From Nitrospirota bacterium (GTDB lineage: Bacteria > Nitrospirota > Thermodesulfovibrionia > Thermodesulfovibrionales > SM23-35): a DNA stretch of 45,628 nucleotides. Below the pieces are notes generated by a model that ran no database searches, was not told where the DNA came from, and saw only the letters and a list, made by a program, of their open reading frames with translations. The DNA is taken from positions 1 through 45,628 of the forward strand of contig JAZDLE010000027.1 in assembly GCA_043802315.1 (NCBI GenBank), read 5' to 3'. This document shows positions 34,187 to 44,428 of this stretch, piece after piece (the first letter of the stretch is position 1; the number at the start of each line of letters is the position of its first letter). The translations under genes and the position numbers were made by a program.

Positions 34187-35494
34187 TCACCTTCTGCCTT
34201 TTATTCTACCCTTTTTGAGAAAGCCTTCGTATGATCGTGTAATCAGGTGCGTCTCTACCTGGGAAACGGTGTCGAGGGCAACTCCGACGGTAATTAAGAT
34301 AGATGTACCTCCGAAATAAAAAGGAACATGGAATCTTTGTATAAGAATTTCAGGTATGATGCATACAATGGCGAGATAGAAAGCACCAACAAAAGTCAGC
34401 CTCGAGAGAACCTTGTAGATATACTCAGAAGTCTTCTGGCCAGGTCTTATACCAGGTATATAACCGCCGTACTTCTTGAGATTATCTGAAATATCAACAG
34501 GATTGAATATAATAGCAGTATAGAAATAGGCAAAGAAAAAGATCATCCCGACATAAAGAAGGGTATAGAAGATTGTCCCTGGAGAAAGCTGCCTGGCAAC
34601 AGCCTGTACCCATGGTATTGCTATAAACCCCGCCACCGTTGCAGGAAACATAATGATCGAGGAAGCAAATATCGGAGGAATAACCCCAGAGGTGTTTATT
34701 TTGAGTGGAAGGTGAGTGGATTGCCCGCCATATATTTTCCGGCCCACAACCCTCTTTGCGTATTGAACAGGAATCTTTCTCTGTCCCCTTTCTACGTAGA
34801 TTATCGCGCCAACAATAGCCACCATCATCACGACAAGGGCGATAACAAAAAAGAGAGAGAGTTCTCCTGCCCGTATGAGGCTGGTTGTACTTATAACAGC
34901 GTTAGGGAAACGCGCGACGATCCCGGCGAAGATGATAAGGGATATACCGTTCCCGATACCCCTCTCGGTAATCTGTTCTCCGAGCCACATGATAAAGGCT
35001 GTCCCTGACGTGAGTGTTAACATTGTCAGGAGTCTGAAAGACCAGCCAGGGGTCTGGATAAAAGCGCCATTCTGCATACTTTCGAGCCCTGCAGCAATCC
35101 CAAATGATTGAATGGCACTAATGACAACGGTCCCATATCGTGTATACCTTACAATCTTTTTTCGGCCTGCTTCTCCCTCTTTTGCAAGTTTACCAATAGC
35201 CGGAATTACTACGGTAAGAAGCTGAAGAATAATCGATGCACTTATATAAGGCATTATACCAAGAGCAAAAATAGTGACCCTCGATAAGGCACCTCCTGAA
35301 AACATATCAAAAAAACCCATGAGAGCACCTGCCCCGCTTTTTGCGAGAAACTCACTGAGCGCCTCTCCGTTAATCCCTGGGGTAGGGATATGAGCACCAA
35401 TCCTGTATACTGCTAAGAGGACAAGGGTAAAGAGAATCCTGCTCTTCAGTTCTGGTATCTTAAATATATTCTGGAAGCTCGAGAGAATTCCCAT
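34187..35494 (-). CDS. secY: preprotein translocase subunit SecY
   Basis: 10-TM SecY family. Confidence 0.95.
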   Translation of the reverse strand: MGILSSFQNIFKIPELKSRILFTLVLLAVYRIGAHIPTPGINGEALSEFLAKSGAGALMGFFDMFSGGALSRVTIFALGIMPYISASIILQLLTVVIPAIGKLAKEGEAGRKKIVRYTRYGTVVISAIQSFGIAAGLESMQNGAFIQTPGWSFRLLTMLTLTSGTAFIMWLGEQITERGIGNGISLIIFAGIVARFPNAVISTTSLIRAGELSLFFVIALVVMMVAIVGAIIYVERGQRKIPVQYAKRVVGRKIYGGQSTHLPLKINTSGVIPPIFASSIIMFPATVAGFIAIPWVQAVARQLSPGTIFYTLLYVGMIFFFAYFYTAIIFNPVDISDNLKKYGGYIPGIRPGQKTSEYIYKVLSRLTFVGAFYLAIVCIIPEILIQRFHVPFYFGGTSILITVGVALDTVSQVETHLITRSYEGFLKKGRIKGRR

Positions 35495-35501
35495 GTGAGT
35501 T

Positions 35502-35945
35502 TTAGATTACTTCCGCCTTACCACCAGAAGCAGCTATCTTGGCCAGTGCAGAAGCACTAAAGGCATCTGCCTTTATCGTAAAAGGCCTGTGAATCTCACC
35601 CTCACCAAGGACCTTGAGGCCATCCTTCAAACTTTTTACTATACCCTTTTCAACAAGGATCTCAGGGGTTATAAGATCCAGTCCCTCTAACGTGCTAAGA
35701 TTCTTCAAATTTATTACTGCATAATTTATTTTAAAACGGTTTTTAAACCCTCTTTTCGGAAGTCTCCTCTGAAGGGGCATCTGTCCGCCTTCAAAGCCCG
35801 GCCCCTTTGTTCCCCCCGAACGAGCCTTTTGTCCTTTATGACCCTTGCAAGAAGTTTTTCCGTGTCCCGAACCTATCCCACGACCAACCCTTTTTACTCT
35901 CCTGCTCTTTCCTAACGCAGGCTTTAAATCCTCTACCTTTATCAT
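35502..35945 (-). CDS. rplO: 50S ribosomal protein L15
   Basis: Family match. Confidence 0.95.
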   Translation of the reverse strand: MIKVEDLKPALGKSRRVKRVGRGIGSGHGKTSCKGHKGQKARSGGTKGPGFEGGQMPLQRRLPKRGFKNRFKINYAVINLKNLSTLEGLDLITPEILVEKGIVKSLKDGLKVLGEGEIHRPFTIKADAFSASALAKIAASGGKAEVI

Positions 35946-36445
35946 ACCTCTTTAGACTCCTCTTCAACCTTTCCTCTCAGCTTTACAACAGACTCTGGAT
36001 CTTTGAGAATTAAAAGCCCATTCAGCGTTGCCTTTACCGTATTGAAGGGATTATGGCTACGGAGGGATTTTGCAACGATATTCTGAACCCCTGCTACCTC
36101 TAAAACTGCCCTGACAGCACCTCCTGCAATGATGCCAGTACCCTTCTGTGCCGGATTCATAACAACGGTGCCTGCGCCGAATCTTCCTATAACCCTGTGA
36201 GGAATTGTCTTGTCTTTTATAGGAAACCGTATAAGAGATTTTTTCGCATGATCAACCGCTTTCCGTATTGCCTCAGGAACCTCTGCCGCCTTTCCTTTGC
36301 CCATGCCCACTGTTCCTTCTCCATCTCCTACGACAACAAGGGCAGTGAAGGAAAATCTCCTTCCGCCCTTAACAACCTTTGCTACCCTGTTTATATATAC
36401 AACTTTATCTTTTAGGTTTAATCCTTCTGGGTCGATCCTTGTCAC
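35942..36445 (-). CDS. rpsE: 30S ribosomal protein S5
   Basis: Family match. Its end overlaps the rplO start, so there is no rpmD between them. Confidence 0.95.
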   Translation of the reverse strand: MTRIDPEGLNLKDKVVYINRVAKVVKGGRRFSFTALVVVGDGEGTVGMGKGKAAEVPEAIRKAVDHAKKSLIRFPIKDKTIPHRVIGRFGAGTVVMNPAQKGTGIIAGGAVRAVLEVAGVQNIVAKSLRSHNPFNTVKATLNGLLILKDPESVVKLRGKVEEESKEV

Positions 36446-36454
36446 TATCCCTCC

Positions 36455-36817
36455 CTAAAATTCGAGTCCTGCTTCCCTGGCTGCCTCTGCCAGTGCTTTT
36501 ATTCTGCCGTGGTAAAGATATCCACCTCTGTCAAAAACAACCTTCTTTATGCCTTTTTCTAAGGCTTTCCTTGCTATGAGTTCACCAATCTTCTTTGCTG
36601 TCTCGATATTACCCTTGTGGGATTTCTTATCTTTCAATTCCTTATCGAGACTTGATGCAGAAGCAACAGTATGCCCCTTGAAGTCATCGATAATCTGAGC
36701 ATATATGTGATTCAGACTCCGATAAACAGAAAGTCTTAACCTCTCGGGAATACCGAAAACCTTCTTCCTTATTCTTCTATGGCGCCTTTCTCTGCTCTCT
36801 TTCTTGCCCCGTGCCAA
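36455..36817 (-). CDS. rplR: 50S ribosomal protein L18
   Basis: Family match. Confidence 0.95.
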   Translation of the reverse strand: MARGKKESRERRHRRIRKKVFGIPERLRLSVYRSLNHIYAQIIDDFKGHTVASASSLDKELKDKKSHKGNIETAKKIGELIARKALEKGIKKVVFDRGGYLYHGRIKALAEAAREAGLEF

Positions 36818-36837
36818 AAGACCCTCCGATAATGAAA

Positions 36838-37380
36838 TTATTTCTTACCTGTCTTGCCTGCCTTTAATTTGAGGCGTTGACCCGAATACCTGATGCCTTT
36901 CCCTTTATAGGAATCAGGTGGCCTAAGGGTTCTGAGATTTTCAGCCAACTGCCCAAGTTGATGTTTGTCAATTCCCGTAAGTGTAATCAGGGTCTGCTTT
37001 GCATCAACAGAGGCTTTAATGCCTTCTGGTAATTGAACCTCAATGGGATGGGAGTAGCCGAGGATTAATACAAGCTTATTACCCGCTACCTGGGCCTTAT
37101 AACCGATCCCGATTATCTCAAGGACTTTCTGGTAACCCTGTGAGACCCCTGTTACCATATTAGCAATGACACTCCTTGTGAGACCGTGAAGCGATTTATC
37201 AATCCTTGAGTTACCTACCCTCTCTATAACTGCATTGCCGTTATTTACCGAGACGTTAATCTTATCTGGATAAACCCAGCTCAACTCGCCTTTGGGCCCC
37301 TTGACTTTGATTGTTTTATTCTCAACCCATAAATCAACGCCCTTGGGTATCTCTATGGGCTTTTTACCTATCCTCGACAC
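36838..37380 (-). CDS. rplF: 50S ribosomal protein L6
   Basis: A GTG start preceded by GGAG gives [12 protein letters not shown]. The ORF-track start at 37401 is less likely. Confidence 0.9.
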   Translation of the reverse strand: MSRIGKKPIEIPKGVDLWVENKTIKVKGPKGELSWVYPDKINVSVNNGNAVIERVGNSRIDKSLHGLTRSVIANMVTGVSQGYQKVLEIIGIGYKAQVAGNKLVLILGYSHPIEVQLPEGIKASVDAKQTLITLTGIDKHQLGQLAENLRTLRPPDSYKGKGIRYSGQRLKLKAGKTGKK

Positions 37381-37400
37381 TCTATACTCCTGAGAGAACA

Positions 37401-37444
37401 CGTAGCTTAGAGCATAGAGTCCTGAATCTCTTAGCTCTTTGCCC
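37401..37444 (-). repeat. GAGCTAAGAG...ACTCTATGCT...AAGCT repeat, copy 2, in the rpsH-rplF spacer
   Basis: The reverse complement, GGGCAAAGAGCTAAGAGATTCAGGACTCTATGCTCTAAGCTACG, aligns with 19264-19305. Confidence 0.6.
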
Positions 37445-37466
37445 TGTGCTTTTTACTTTTTTATTT

Positions 37467-37859
37467 TTACCAAACATGACAGATAACTTCTCCGCCAACA
37501 CCCTCACGTCGAGATGTCTTATCGCTTATTATCCCTTTTGATGTTGTCAGTATTGCAATCCCGACTCCACCCATTACCCTCGGTATCTCCTTACTACCAA
37601 CATAGATCCTTCTTCCTGGTTTGCTAATCCTCTTCAACCCTGATATAACGCACTCATCCTCAACATATCTCGGGACTATCCTCAGGATACCCTGTCTTTT
37701 ATCCTTTAATATTTTATATGTCTTTATAAAACCCTCTTCTTTCAATATCCTTGCTATCTCTACTTTCATCCTGGATGCAGGAATATCAACCTTTTCTGCC
37801 TTTATACGCAATGCATTTCTTATTCTCGTAAGCATATCTGCAATAGGATCAGTTATCAT
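37467..37859 (-). CDS. rpsH: 30S ribosomal protein S8
   Basis: Family match. Confidence 0.95.
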   Translation of the reverse strand: MITDPIADMLTRIRNALRIKAEKVDIPASRMKVEIARILKEEGFIKTYKILKDKRQGILRIVPRYVEDECVISGLKRISKPGRRIYVGSKEIPRVMGGVGIAILTTSKGIISDKTSRREGVGGEVICHVW

Positions 37860-37883
37860 TGATTATCCCCCCATAGTTATAGA

Positions 37884-38069
37884 CTACCAGCTCGATTTTG
37901 TTACTCCGGGTATCTGCCCAGCAAGGGCAAGGGTTCGAAAACAGATCCTGCACATCCCGAATTTCCGTAGATAACCCCTGGGCCTACCACATAGTTTACA
38001 CCTGTTATGAGACCTTACCCTGAATTTTGGTTGCCTTTTGGACTTTTCTATCATGCAAACCTTAGCCAC
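37884..38069 (-). CDS. rpsN: 30S ribosomal protein S14 type Z (zinc form)
   Basis: 61 aa with CKLCGR...CRIC and a GTG start. Confidence 0.95.
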   Translation of the reverse strand: MAKVCMIEKSKRQPKFRVRSHNRCKLCGRPRGYLRKFGMCRICFRTLALAGQIPGVTKSSW

Positions 38070-38153
38070 TCATCACCTCGGTAAATTCAAAAATTAAAAT
38101 GGAAAAATTAAAAAAAAGGAATTCTATAATTTTTAATTTTGCTTTTTGCATTT
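38070..38153 (-). repeat. AT-rich intercistronic element in the rplE-rpsN junction
   Basis: Homologous over about 80 nt to 39017-39109, sharing GGTAAATTYAAAAATTAAAAT and ATTTTTAATTTT. Begins TAAAAAT at the rplE stop on the sense strand. Confidence 0.65.
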
Positions 38154-38696
38154 TTAGTTTCTAAAGGGCATCCCTAAATAACTTAAAAGGGCCTTCCCTT
38201 CCTTACCCGTTTTCGCGCTCGTACAGATTGTGACATCTAACCCATGAGCTATCTCAACCTTGTCATACTCTATCTCAGGAAATATAAACTGCTCTTTGAG
38301 ACCAAGAGAATAGTTACCCCTTCCATCAAAAGACCTCCCTGATACCCCTTTAAAATCTCTGATCCTCGGTAGAGATAAACTTATCAACCTGTCAAGGAAT
38401 TCATACATCCTGTCCCCCCTGAGGGTTACTTTGCAGCCTATGGGCATCCCTTGCTTCAGTTTAAAACTCGCAATGGATTTTTTTGCCTTTGTCACCACTG
38501 CCTTCTGGCCCGTTATTATGGAAAGTTCCTTCTGTACTGCATCGAGGAGTTTTATGTTCTGTATCGCCTCTCCAAGACCAACATTAAGAACAACCTTCTG
38601 TACTTTTGGTACCACCATGACGTTCTTATAGGAAAATTCTTTCACCATGGCAGGAATTACCTCTTTTATATATCTCTCCTTGAGTCTCGGCACCAC
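38154..38696 (-). CDS. rplE: 50S ribosomal protein L5
   Basis: Family match. GTG at 38696 with GGAGG upstream gives a typical ~180 aa. The longer ORF-track start would overlap rplX. Confidence 0.9.
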   Translation of the reverse strand: MVPRLKERYIKEVIPAMVKEFSYKNVMVVPKVQKVVLNVGLGEAIQNIKLLDAVQKELSIITGQKAVVTKAKKSIASFKLKQGMPIGCKVTLRGDRMYEFLDRLISLSLPRIRDFKGVSGRSFDGRGNYSLGLKEQFIFPEIEYDKVEIAHGLDVTICTSAKTGKEGKALLSYLGMPFRN

Positions 38697-38698
38697 TC

Positions 38699-39016
38699 TT
38701 ACTCTATGACCTCCCTGCATCTCTTGCATGCCCTTGCCTTCTTGCCTTCTGACAGGACTGTATTGCCGATCCTTGTTGGTTTCCCACACTTTGGACATAA
38801 AAGCATCACTTTTGATATATGGAGGGGTGCTTCTTTTTCAATTATTCCTCCCTGTGTATATTTCTTGCTTGGTTTCATATGTCTCTTGATTATGTTAATC
38901 TTCTCTATCAGGAGTTTGTCCTCTGATGGGAAAACAGAAATCACCCTCCCCTTTTTACCTTTTTCCCTGCCGGTAATGATTACTACTGTATCGTTCTTCT
39001 TAATACCTAACCCCAT
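38699..39016 (-). CDS. rplX: 50S ribosomal protein L24 (with C4 Cys motif)
   Basis: KOW motif and [11 protein letters not shown]...CKRC. Confidence 0.95.
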   Translation of the reverse strand: MGLGIKKNDTVVIITGREKGKKGRVISVFPSEDKLLIEKINIIKRHMKPSKKYTQGGIIEKEAPLHISKVMLLCPKCGKPTRIGNTVLSEGKKARACKRCREVIE

Positions 39017-39109
39017 AGGTTAACCTTTGGTAAATTTAAAAATTAAAATTAAAAATTCAAAATAAGGGAAGTCTAAAATTTTTAATTTTCCATTTTTCAT
39101 TGTTAATTT
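39017..39109 (-). repeat. AT-rich intercistronic element in the rplN-rplX junction
   Basis: See 38070-38153. Begins TAAAAAT at the rplN stop on the sense strand. Confidence 0.65.
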
Positions 39110-39484
39110 TTAGAGAACCTCCGGAGCTAAGGATATTATTTTGGTAAACTCCTTCCACCTGAGCTCCCTTGCAACAGGACCGAAGATCCTTGTCCCAACA
39201 GGTTCACCCTCTGCATTAATAAGAACAGCAGCGTTCTGATCAAAACGTATATATGAACCATCTATCCTTCTCTGTTCTTTCTTCGTCCTTACCACAACGG
39301 CCTTTGTTACTGTTCCCTTTTTGATGTTGCTATTGGGTAATGCCTCCTTCACACTCACAACAATGATATCACCGAGTCTTGCATACCTCTTCTGAGAGCC
39401 TCCGAGTACCTTTATACACTGAACCCTTTTGGCACCTGAATTGTCTGCGACCTCAAGTATGCTCCTCAGTTGAACCACTTTCAC
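39110..39484 (-). CDS. rplN: 50S ribosomal protein L14
   Basis: Family match. The GTG start overlaps the rpsQ stop (GTGA); an alternative GTG lies 6 nt downstream. Confidence 0.95.
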   Translation of the reverse strand: MKVVQLRSILEVADNSGAKRVQCIKVLGGSQKRYARLGDIIVVSVKEALPNSNIKKGTVTKAVVVRTKKEQRRIDGSYIRFDQNAAVLINAEGEPVGTRIFGPVARELRWKEFTKIISLAPEVL

Positions 39485-39735
39485 GCACCTCTCGCTGCCT
39501 TACCAAGAACCTCAAGCACCATCCACCTTTTTCCCTTACTGAGAGGCCTTACCTCGAGAATCTTGACAGTATCCCCAATACGACATTTGTTATCCTCATC
39601 ATGCGCCTTAAACTTTGTCACCCTCTTTACCGTTTTCTTGTACCTAGGGTGTTGAAATAGTCTCTTCACGGCAACCACTACGGTCTTATTCATCTTGTCG
39701 CTAACAACTTCACCGGTATAAATTTTTTTAGACAT
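39481..39735 (-). CDS. rpsQ: 30S ribosomal protein S17
   Basis: Family match. Confidence 0.95.
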   Translation of the reverse strand: MSKKIYTGEVVSDKMNKTVVVAVKRLFQHPRYKKTVKRVTKFKAHDEDNKCRIGDTVKILEVRPLSKGKRWMVLEVLGKAARGA

Positions 39736-39937
39736 TCTTATTTATTTCCTGCTTAGACTTCTCTGTTATTATAGTTAAAACTCTCGTGATATCTTTTTTT
39801 ACGGCATGTATGCGTAAAGGGTTCTGTATCTCGCCAGTAGCCTGTTGAAACCTCAGATTAAACAGTTCCTTTCTGAGGTCTTGCTCCTTTTTCATCAATT
39901 CCTCTGTAGTCATTGCCCTGAGTTCAGATGCTTTCAC
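39728..39937 (-). CDS. rpmC: 50S ribosomal protein L29
   Basis: Family match. Confidence 0.95.
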   Translation of the reverse strand: MKASELRAMTTEELMKKEQDLRKELFNLRFQQATGEIQNPLRIHAVKKDITRVLTIITEKSKQEINKNV

Positions 39938-40353
39938 AGAACCTCCTCATTTCTGGTTACAAACTTTGTTGCCACAGGCAATTTATGTGAGGCAAGACGG
40001 AAGGCCTCTTTTGCAAGCTCCTCGCTCACTCCAGACATCTCATAGAGAATCCTCCCTGGCCTGACAACAGCAACCCAGTATTCAAGAGCCCCTTTACCTT
40101 TCCCCATCCTTGTCTCAGCTGGCTTTTTTGTTATTGGTTTATCAGGGAAGATCCTTATCCATACCTTGCATCCCCTCTTGGCATGGCGTGTAATAGCGAT
40201 TCTTGCAGCCTCGATCTGTCTGCTGGAGACCCATCCAGGTTCAAGTGCCTTCAGGCCAAATTCACCAAAGGAAACCGTAGACCCTCTATAAGCCTTCCCA
40301 TCCATCCTGCCTTTTTGCATCTTTCTGTATTTGACCTTTTTAGGCATTAACAT
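39934..40353 (-). CDS. rplP: 50S ribosomal protein L16
   Basis: [11 protein letters not shown]... Confidence 0.95.
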   Translation of the reverse strand: MLMPKKVKYRKMQKGRMDGKAYRGSTVSFGEFGLKALEPGWVSSRQIEAARIAITRHAKRGCKVWIRIFPDKPITKKPAETRMGKGKGALEYWVAVVRPGRILYEMSGVSEELAKEAFRLASHKLPVATKFVTRNEEVL

Positions 40354-40442
40354 AGCAGCACCTATCGTAATGCTTCATTTGTGATTCTTCGTGACCATTC
40401 CTCTTAACTGAGTGCACATTCTGTATCACAGAATAAAGTTTC

Positions 40443-41099
40443 CTATTGGGCTTGAAAGGAAGGCCCAAGGCTTTCTGGCAATATATCGCCATGATAGATC
40501 CATACCTTAACCCCTATTGCACCATAGGTTGTCCGTGCTTCTGCAAAGCCGAAATCTATGTCAGCCCTTAACGTATGGAGCGGAACCCTTCCCTCCCTAT
40601 ACCACTCTGATCGTGCTATTTCAGACCCAGCAAGTCTCCCTGAGCATGATATCTTTACACCGAGAGCACCAAATCTCCGGGCTGAGGTTACAGCCCTCTT
40701 CATAGCCCTCCTGAAGGCAATCCTCTTTTCGAGTTGAAGGCCTACATTTTCTGCAACAAGTTGAGCATCTATTTCTGGTTTCCTTATCTCTTTTATATCT
40801 ACCGCAATATCTCTTCCTGTCATCAGTTGAAGGTCTTTTCTGAGCTTTTCTACCTCGACACCCTTTTTGCCAATAATTATTCCGGGTCTTGCAGTATGGA
40901 TGGTCACTCTCACATTCTGACCTGCCCGTTCTATCTCTATCTTCGAAACCCCAGCATGAAAGAACCTGTTTTTGAGCATCTTTCTTATTCTTATGTCTTC
41001 AAGAAGTTGTTCAGCATACCCCTTTTTAAGATACCATCTCGAATCCCAAGTCTTGACTATGCCGAGCCGAAATCCTATAGGATGTGTTTTCTGCCCCAG
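40443..41099 (-). CDS. rpsC: 30S ribosomal protein S3, extended 40 codons upstream of the ORF-track start to an apparent CTG initiator
   Basis: Manual translation upstream of MLKNRF gives (L/M)[39 protein letters not shown], the canonical S3 N-terminus. AGGAGG lies 5 nt upstream of the CTG. Confidence 0.85.
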   Translation of the reverse strand: MGQKTHPIGFRLGIVKTWDSRWYLKKGYAEQLLEDIRIRKMLKNRFFHAGVSKIEIERAGQNVRVTIHTARPGIIIGKKGVEVEKLRKDLQLMTGRDIAVDIKEIRKPEIDAQLVAENVGLQLEKRIAFRRAMKRAVTSARRFGALGVKISCSGRLAGSEIARSEWYREGRVPLHTLRADIDFGFAEARTTYGAIGVKVWIYHGDILPESLGPSFQAQ

Positions 41100-41108
41100 A
41101 TTGACCTC

Positions 41109-41444
41109 CTATTCTTCCTCTGATAAAACTAATGTTATATGGCAGCTTCTTTTCCTGATCGTATTTGCCTTTCCCATTGCTCTCGGTTCAACTCTTTTCA
41201 TTACAGGTCCTTGATCTACAAAAGTCCTTACAATCTTCATGGATTCAGGATTGACAGCCTTTTTCTGTTCTGCATTCGCCATAGCAGATTTAAGGAGTTT
41301 TTCAACAAACTTCGCACCTCTATATGGCATAACATGGAGAAACGAAAGGGCGGCACCGGCACTTTTACCCCTTATCAAGTTTACTACTCTCCTCGCCTTC
41401 CGCGGTGTTATCCGCGCATATCGTAATATTGCCTTTGTCTCCAT
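41109..41444 (-). CDS. rplV: 50S ribosomal protein L22
   Basis: Family match. Confidence 0.95.
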   Translation of the reverse strand: METKAILRYARITPRKARRVVNLIRGKSAGAALSFLHVMPYRGAKFVEKLLKSAMANAEQKKAVNPESMKIVRTFVDQGPVMKRVEPRAMGKANTIRKRSCHITLVLSEEE

Positions 41445-41456
41445 AAAAAATTCTTT

Positions 41457-41735
41457 TTACCCCTTTACAGTCTTTTCTGAACCTGCATGAGATCTGAAGG
41501 TCCTTGTCAGTGCAAACTCGCCAAGCTTATGGCCTACCATGTTTTCTGTAACATAAACAGGTATGAACTTTTTGCCATTATGAACAGCAAAGGTGTACCC
41601 TATAAACTCGGGTATTATGGTAGAGCGTCTCGACCATGTTTTAATAATCTTTTTCTCACCACTTTCCATCATTTTGCTGACCTTCTTCATGAGCTTTTCA
41701 TCTACAAAGGGGCCTTTTTTTAAGGACCTTGCCAC
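41457..41735 (-). CDS. rpsS: 30S ribosomal protein S19
   Basis: Family match. Confidence 0.95.
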   Translation of the reverse strand: MARSLKKGPFVDEKLMKKVSKMMESGEKKIIKTWSRRSTIIPEFIGYTFAVHNGKKFIPVYVTENMVGHKLGEFALTRTFRSHAGSEKTVKG

Positions 41736-41736
41736 C

Positions 41737-42555
41737 TTACTTTCTCCTCTTTACGATAAATTTATCGGTTCTTTTATTACGCCTTGTTTTGACTCCTTCA
41801 GGTTTTCCCCATGGTGAGCATGCCGGTCTGCCACCAGAGCTTTTGCCCTCACCTCCACCGAGGGGATGGTCGACAGGGTTCATTGCAACACCCCTTACGT
41901 GAGGTCTTCTGCCTAACAGTCTCGTCCTTCCTGCTTTGCCATAAGAGATATTTCCATGGTCAGGGTTACTAATCTGTCCGATTGTGGCCATACAGCTTGA
42001 AGGTATGAGCCGCACTTCACCTGATGATAGCTTAACTTGAACATAATTATCTTCTTTAGCTATAAGCTGTGCTGAACAGCCTGCACTTCTCGCAAATTTG
42101 GCACCTTCCCCTGGCCGTAGCTCAATATTATGCATGAATGTTCCTAAAGGGAGGTGGCTTAAAGGTAGGGCGTTTCCAATTTTTATCTCGGCATCCTTAC
42201 CTGATATAAGCTCATCTCCCACCTGAAGCCCTAAAGGCACAATTATGTATCTCCTATCACCATCTCTATATTTCAGAAGGGCAATCCTTGCAGATCTGTT
42301 AGGGTCATATTCTATTGTCTCAATCTCTGCAGGGACACCCATCTTGTCCCTTTTGAAATCGATAATCCTGAAAGTCCTTCTGTTACCTCCACCTCTATGC
42401 CAAGCAGTAACACGCCCGCTGTTATTCCTACCTCCAGTTCTCCTCTTTGGCATCAGAAGAGGCTTGTATGGAGTATCTGTTGTAAGATCAGTAAAGTCAG
42501 AGACCGTTTGGAATCTCCTGCCTGGTGATGTTGGATTATATTTTTTAACGCCCAT
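41737..42555 (-). CDS. rplB: 50S ribosomal protein L2
   Basis: Family match. Confidence 0.95.
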   Translation of the reverse strand: MGVKKYNPTSPGRRFQTVSDFTDLTTDTPYKPLLMPKRRTGGRNNSGRVTAWHRGGGNRRTFRIIDFKRDKMGVPAEIETIEYDPNRSARIALLKYRDGDRRYIIVPLGLQVGDELISGKDAEIKIGNALPLSHLPLGTFMHNIELRPGEGAKFARSAGCSAQLIAKEDNYVQVKLSSGEVRLIPSSCMATIGQISNPDHGNISYGKAGRTRLLGRRPHVRGVAMNPVDHPLGGGEGKSSGGRPACSPWGKPEGVKTRRNKRTDKFIVKRRK

Positions 42556-42845
42556 TATACGCCTTCAATAAAATCGAGTTTTTCACCCTTCTTAAGAGTA
42601 ATGACGGCCTTCTTTCTATCAGGCCTTTTGCCAAGGGACCTTCCGTATCTCTTCCATTTACCTTTTGTATTTATTGTTGAAACCTTCTCAACCTTTACCT
42701 TGAAAATCTCTTCTATGGCCTTTTTTATCTCAATTTTATTGGCATCAGAACTTACCTCAACTAATATCTTATTTTCTGATTCCTTGAGATGACTGCCTTT
42801 TTCTGTAAAAAGGGGTTTTTTAATTATAGTATAGAGACTCCTCAT
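42555..42845 (-). CDS. rplW: 50S ribosomal protein L23
   Basis: Family match. Confidence 0.95.
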   Translation of the reverse strand: MRSLYTIIKKPLFTEKGSHLKESENKILVEVSSDANKIEIKKAIEEIFKVKVEKVSTINTKGKWKRYGRSLGKRPDRKKAVITLKKGEKLDFIEGV

Positions 42846-43474
42846 TTTAATACCCCGGCATCTGCTAATCGAGAAACTGCTTCTTCCGTCATAAGGAGTC
42901 TACCCGAAATCATTACATCATAGGGATTCAGGTCTGAAATCCTGACCACCTTTACACCTGGAATATTCCTCGCTGAAAGGGTTACAACTGCATCTCTTTG
43001 AGGAGTTATAATAAGTATTCTCTCCCCTTCTAATCCGAGGTTCTTCAATGTTGCTATCATATCTTTTGTTTTGGGCTGATCCATTGAGAATCCATCTATG
43101 ACGGTTATTGCCCCCTCTGCCATCTTTAAAGAAAGGGCTGTTTTTACAGCAAGCCTTTTTACTTTTTTGGGAGGGTTATAAGAGTAATCTCTTGGCTGTG
43201 GACCAAAAGTCGTTCCCCCGCCCCTCCATAAGGGAGAACGATTGCTTCCCACCCTTGCCCTTCCTGTATGTTTCTGCTTCCAAGGCTTTCTTCCTCCTCC
43301 TCGAATAAGACCTCTCGTCTTTGTTGCGTGGGTACCCTGCCTCTGGTTTGCAAGAAAATTCTTCACTCCTTCATGGAGGACAGCCGGTTTAGTCTGGAGA
43401 CCAAAAACCTCGTCTTTAAGGTTAATCTTCCCAACAATATTATTATTCTTGTCTTTTATTTCAACATCGGGCAT
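42842..43474 (-). CDS. rplD: 50S ribosomal protein L4
   Basis: Family match. Confidence 0.95.
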   Translation of the reverse strand: MPDVEIKDKNNNIVGKINLKDEVFGLQTKPAVLHEGVKNFLANQRQGTHATKTRGLIRGGGRKPWKQKHTGRARVGSNRSPLWRGGGTTFGPQPRDYSYNPPKKVKRLAVKTALSLKMAEGAITVIDGFSMDQPKTKDMIATLKNLGLEGERILIITPQRDAVVTLSARNIPGVKVVRISDLNPYDVMISGRLLMTEEAVSRLADAGVLK

Positions 43475-43475
43475 T

Positions 43476-44087
43476 TCAGTCTTCCTTTTTAATCTCTAAA
43501 TAGGCACCCTTAGAACCTGGAACTGAGCCTTTTATAAGGAGTAGGTTCTGGTCAGTCCTAACATCAACGATTTCAAGGTTCCTTACCGTTACTCTCTCAG
43601 AGCCCATATGACCTGGAAGCCCTTTATTTTTCCAGACGCGCGATGGAAAGGAACTTGAACCGATAGAACCGGGTGCCCTGTTAAACATTGAGCCATGAGA
43701 TCCTGGTCCTCCCGCATAATGATGCCTTTTCATAACACCCTGAAATCCCTTCCCTTTAGAAATGCCTGTAACAGAAATTTTGTCTCCCTTTGTAAACTTT
43801 TCCACCGTCAAGAGTTCACCAACCTTTAAACCACTGAGAGGAAATTCTTTTAATAGTCTATAAGGCTTACCCCCTGCCTTCTTGAAAACACCTGCCATGG
43901 GCTTTTTCAATTTCTTTTCTTTTACCTCTAAAAAGCCAACTTTAACAGCCTCATATCCGTCGTTATCAAATGTTTTGACCTGAATAACACAACAAGGACC
44001 AGCTTCAATAACAGTAACAGGATATGCTTTTCCATCCTCTGTATATATCTGCGTCATCCCGAGTTTTCTTCCGAGAATACCCATCAT
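43476..44087 (-). CDS. rplC: 50S ribosomal protein L3
   Basis: Family match. Confidence 0.95.
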   Translation of the reverse strand: MMGILGRKLGMTQIYTEDGKAYPVTVIEAGPCCVIQVKTFDNDGYEAVKVGFLEVKEKKLKKPMAGVFKKAGGKPYRLLKEFPLSGLKVGELLTVEKFTKGDKISVTGISKGKGFQGVMKRHHYAGGPGSHGSMFNRAPGSIGSSSFPSRVWKNKGLPGHMGSERVTVRNLEIVDVRTDQNLLLIKGSVPGSKGAYLEIKKED

Positions 44088-44389
44088 AATTTTATCTCCA
44101 CATCGACTCCGGCTGCGAGCTCTAATTTCATGAGAGCATCAATAGTTTGAGGAGTTGGATCATATATGTCTATCACTCTCTTATGTGTCCTGATCTCAAA
44201 CTGTTCCCTCGATTTTTTATCCACGTGCGGAGACCTCAGAACAGTTATCTTGCTTATTTTTGTTGGCAAGGGTATCGGACCTGCTATCCTTGCTCCTGTT
44301 CTCTGGGCAGTATCCACTATCTCCTTCACAGACCTGTCAAGTACCCTGTGATCATAAGCCCTTAATTTTATCCTTATCTTCTGGTTCAC
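44084..44389 (-). CDS. rpsJ: 30S ribosomal protein S10
   Basis: Family match; GTG start. Confidence 0.95.
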   Translation of the reverse strand: MNQKIRIKLRAYDHRVLDRSVKEIVDTAQRTGARIAGPIPLPTKISKITVLRSPHVDKKSREQFEIRTHKRVIDIYDPTPQTIDALMKLELAAGVDVEIKL

Positions 44390-44428
44390 CCTTTCCTCAT
44401 GCTTGACGTGAAACGTTCACGTATCAGA

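Noticed and set aside
38699-39016. C4 Cys motifs in L24 (CPKC...CKRC) and in S4, considered as unusual zinc ribbons.
   Set aside because: As far as I recall, Cys-containing forms of these proteins are known, for example in Thermus. They fit the zinc-type S14 and L36 found here and are not novel.
38451-39023. 190-aa plus-strand ORF across rplE and rplX, and similar antisense ORFs throughout the ribosomal operon.
   Set aside because: They lie antisense to highly conserved ribosomal protein genes and have no supporting signals.
44390-44428. Short hairpin CGTGAA-acg-TTCACG between tuf and rpsJ, considered as a terminator.
   Set aside because: The stem is only 6 bp with a 3-nt loop and no T-tract. 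At most it is a weak pause or processing element.
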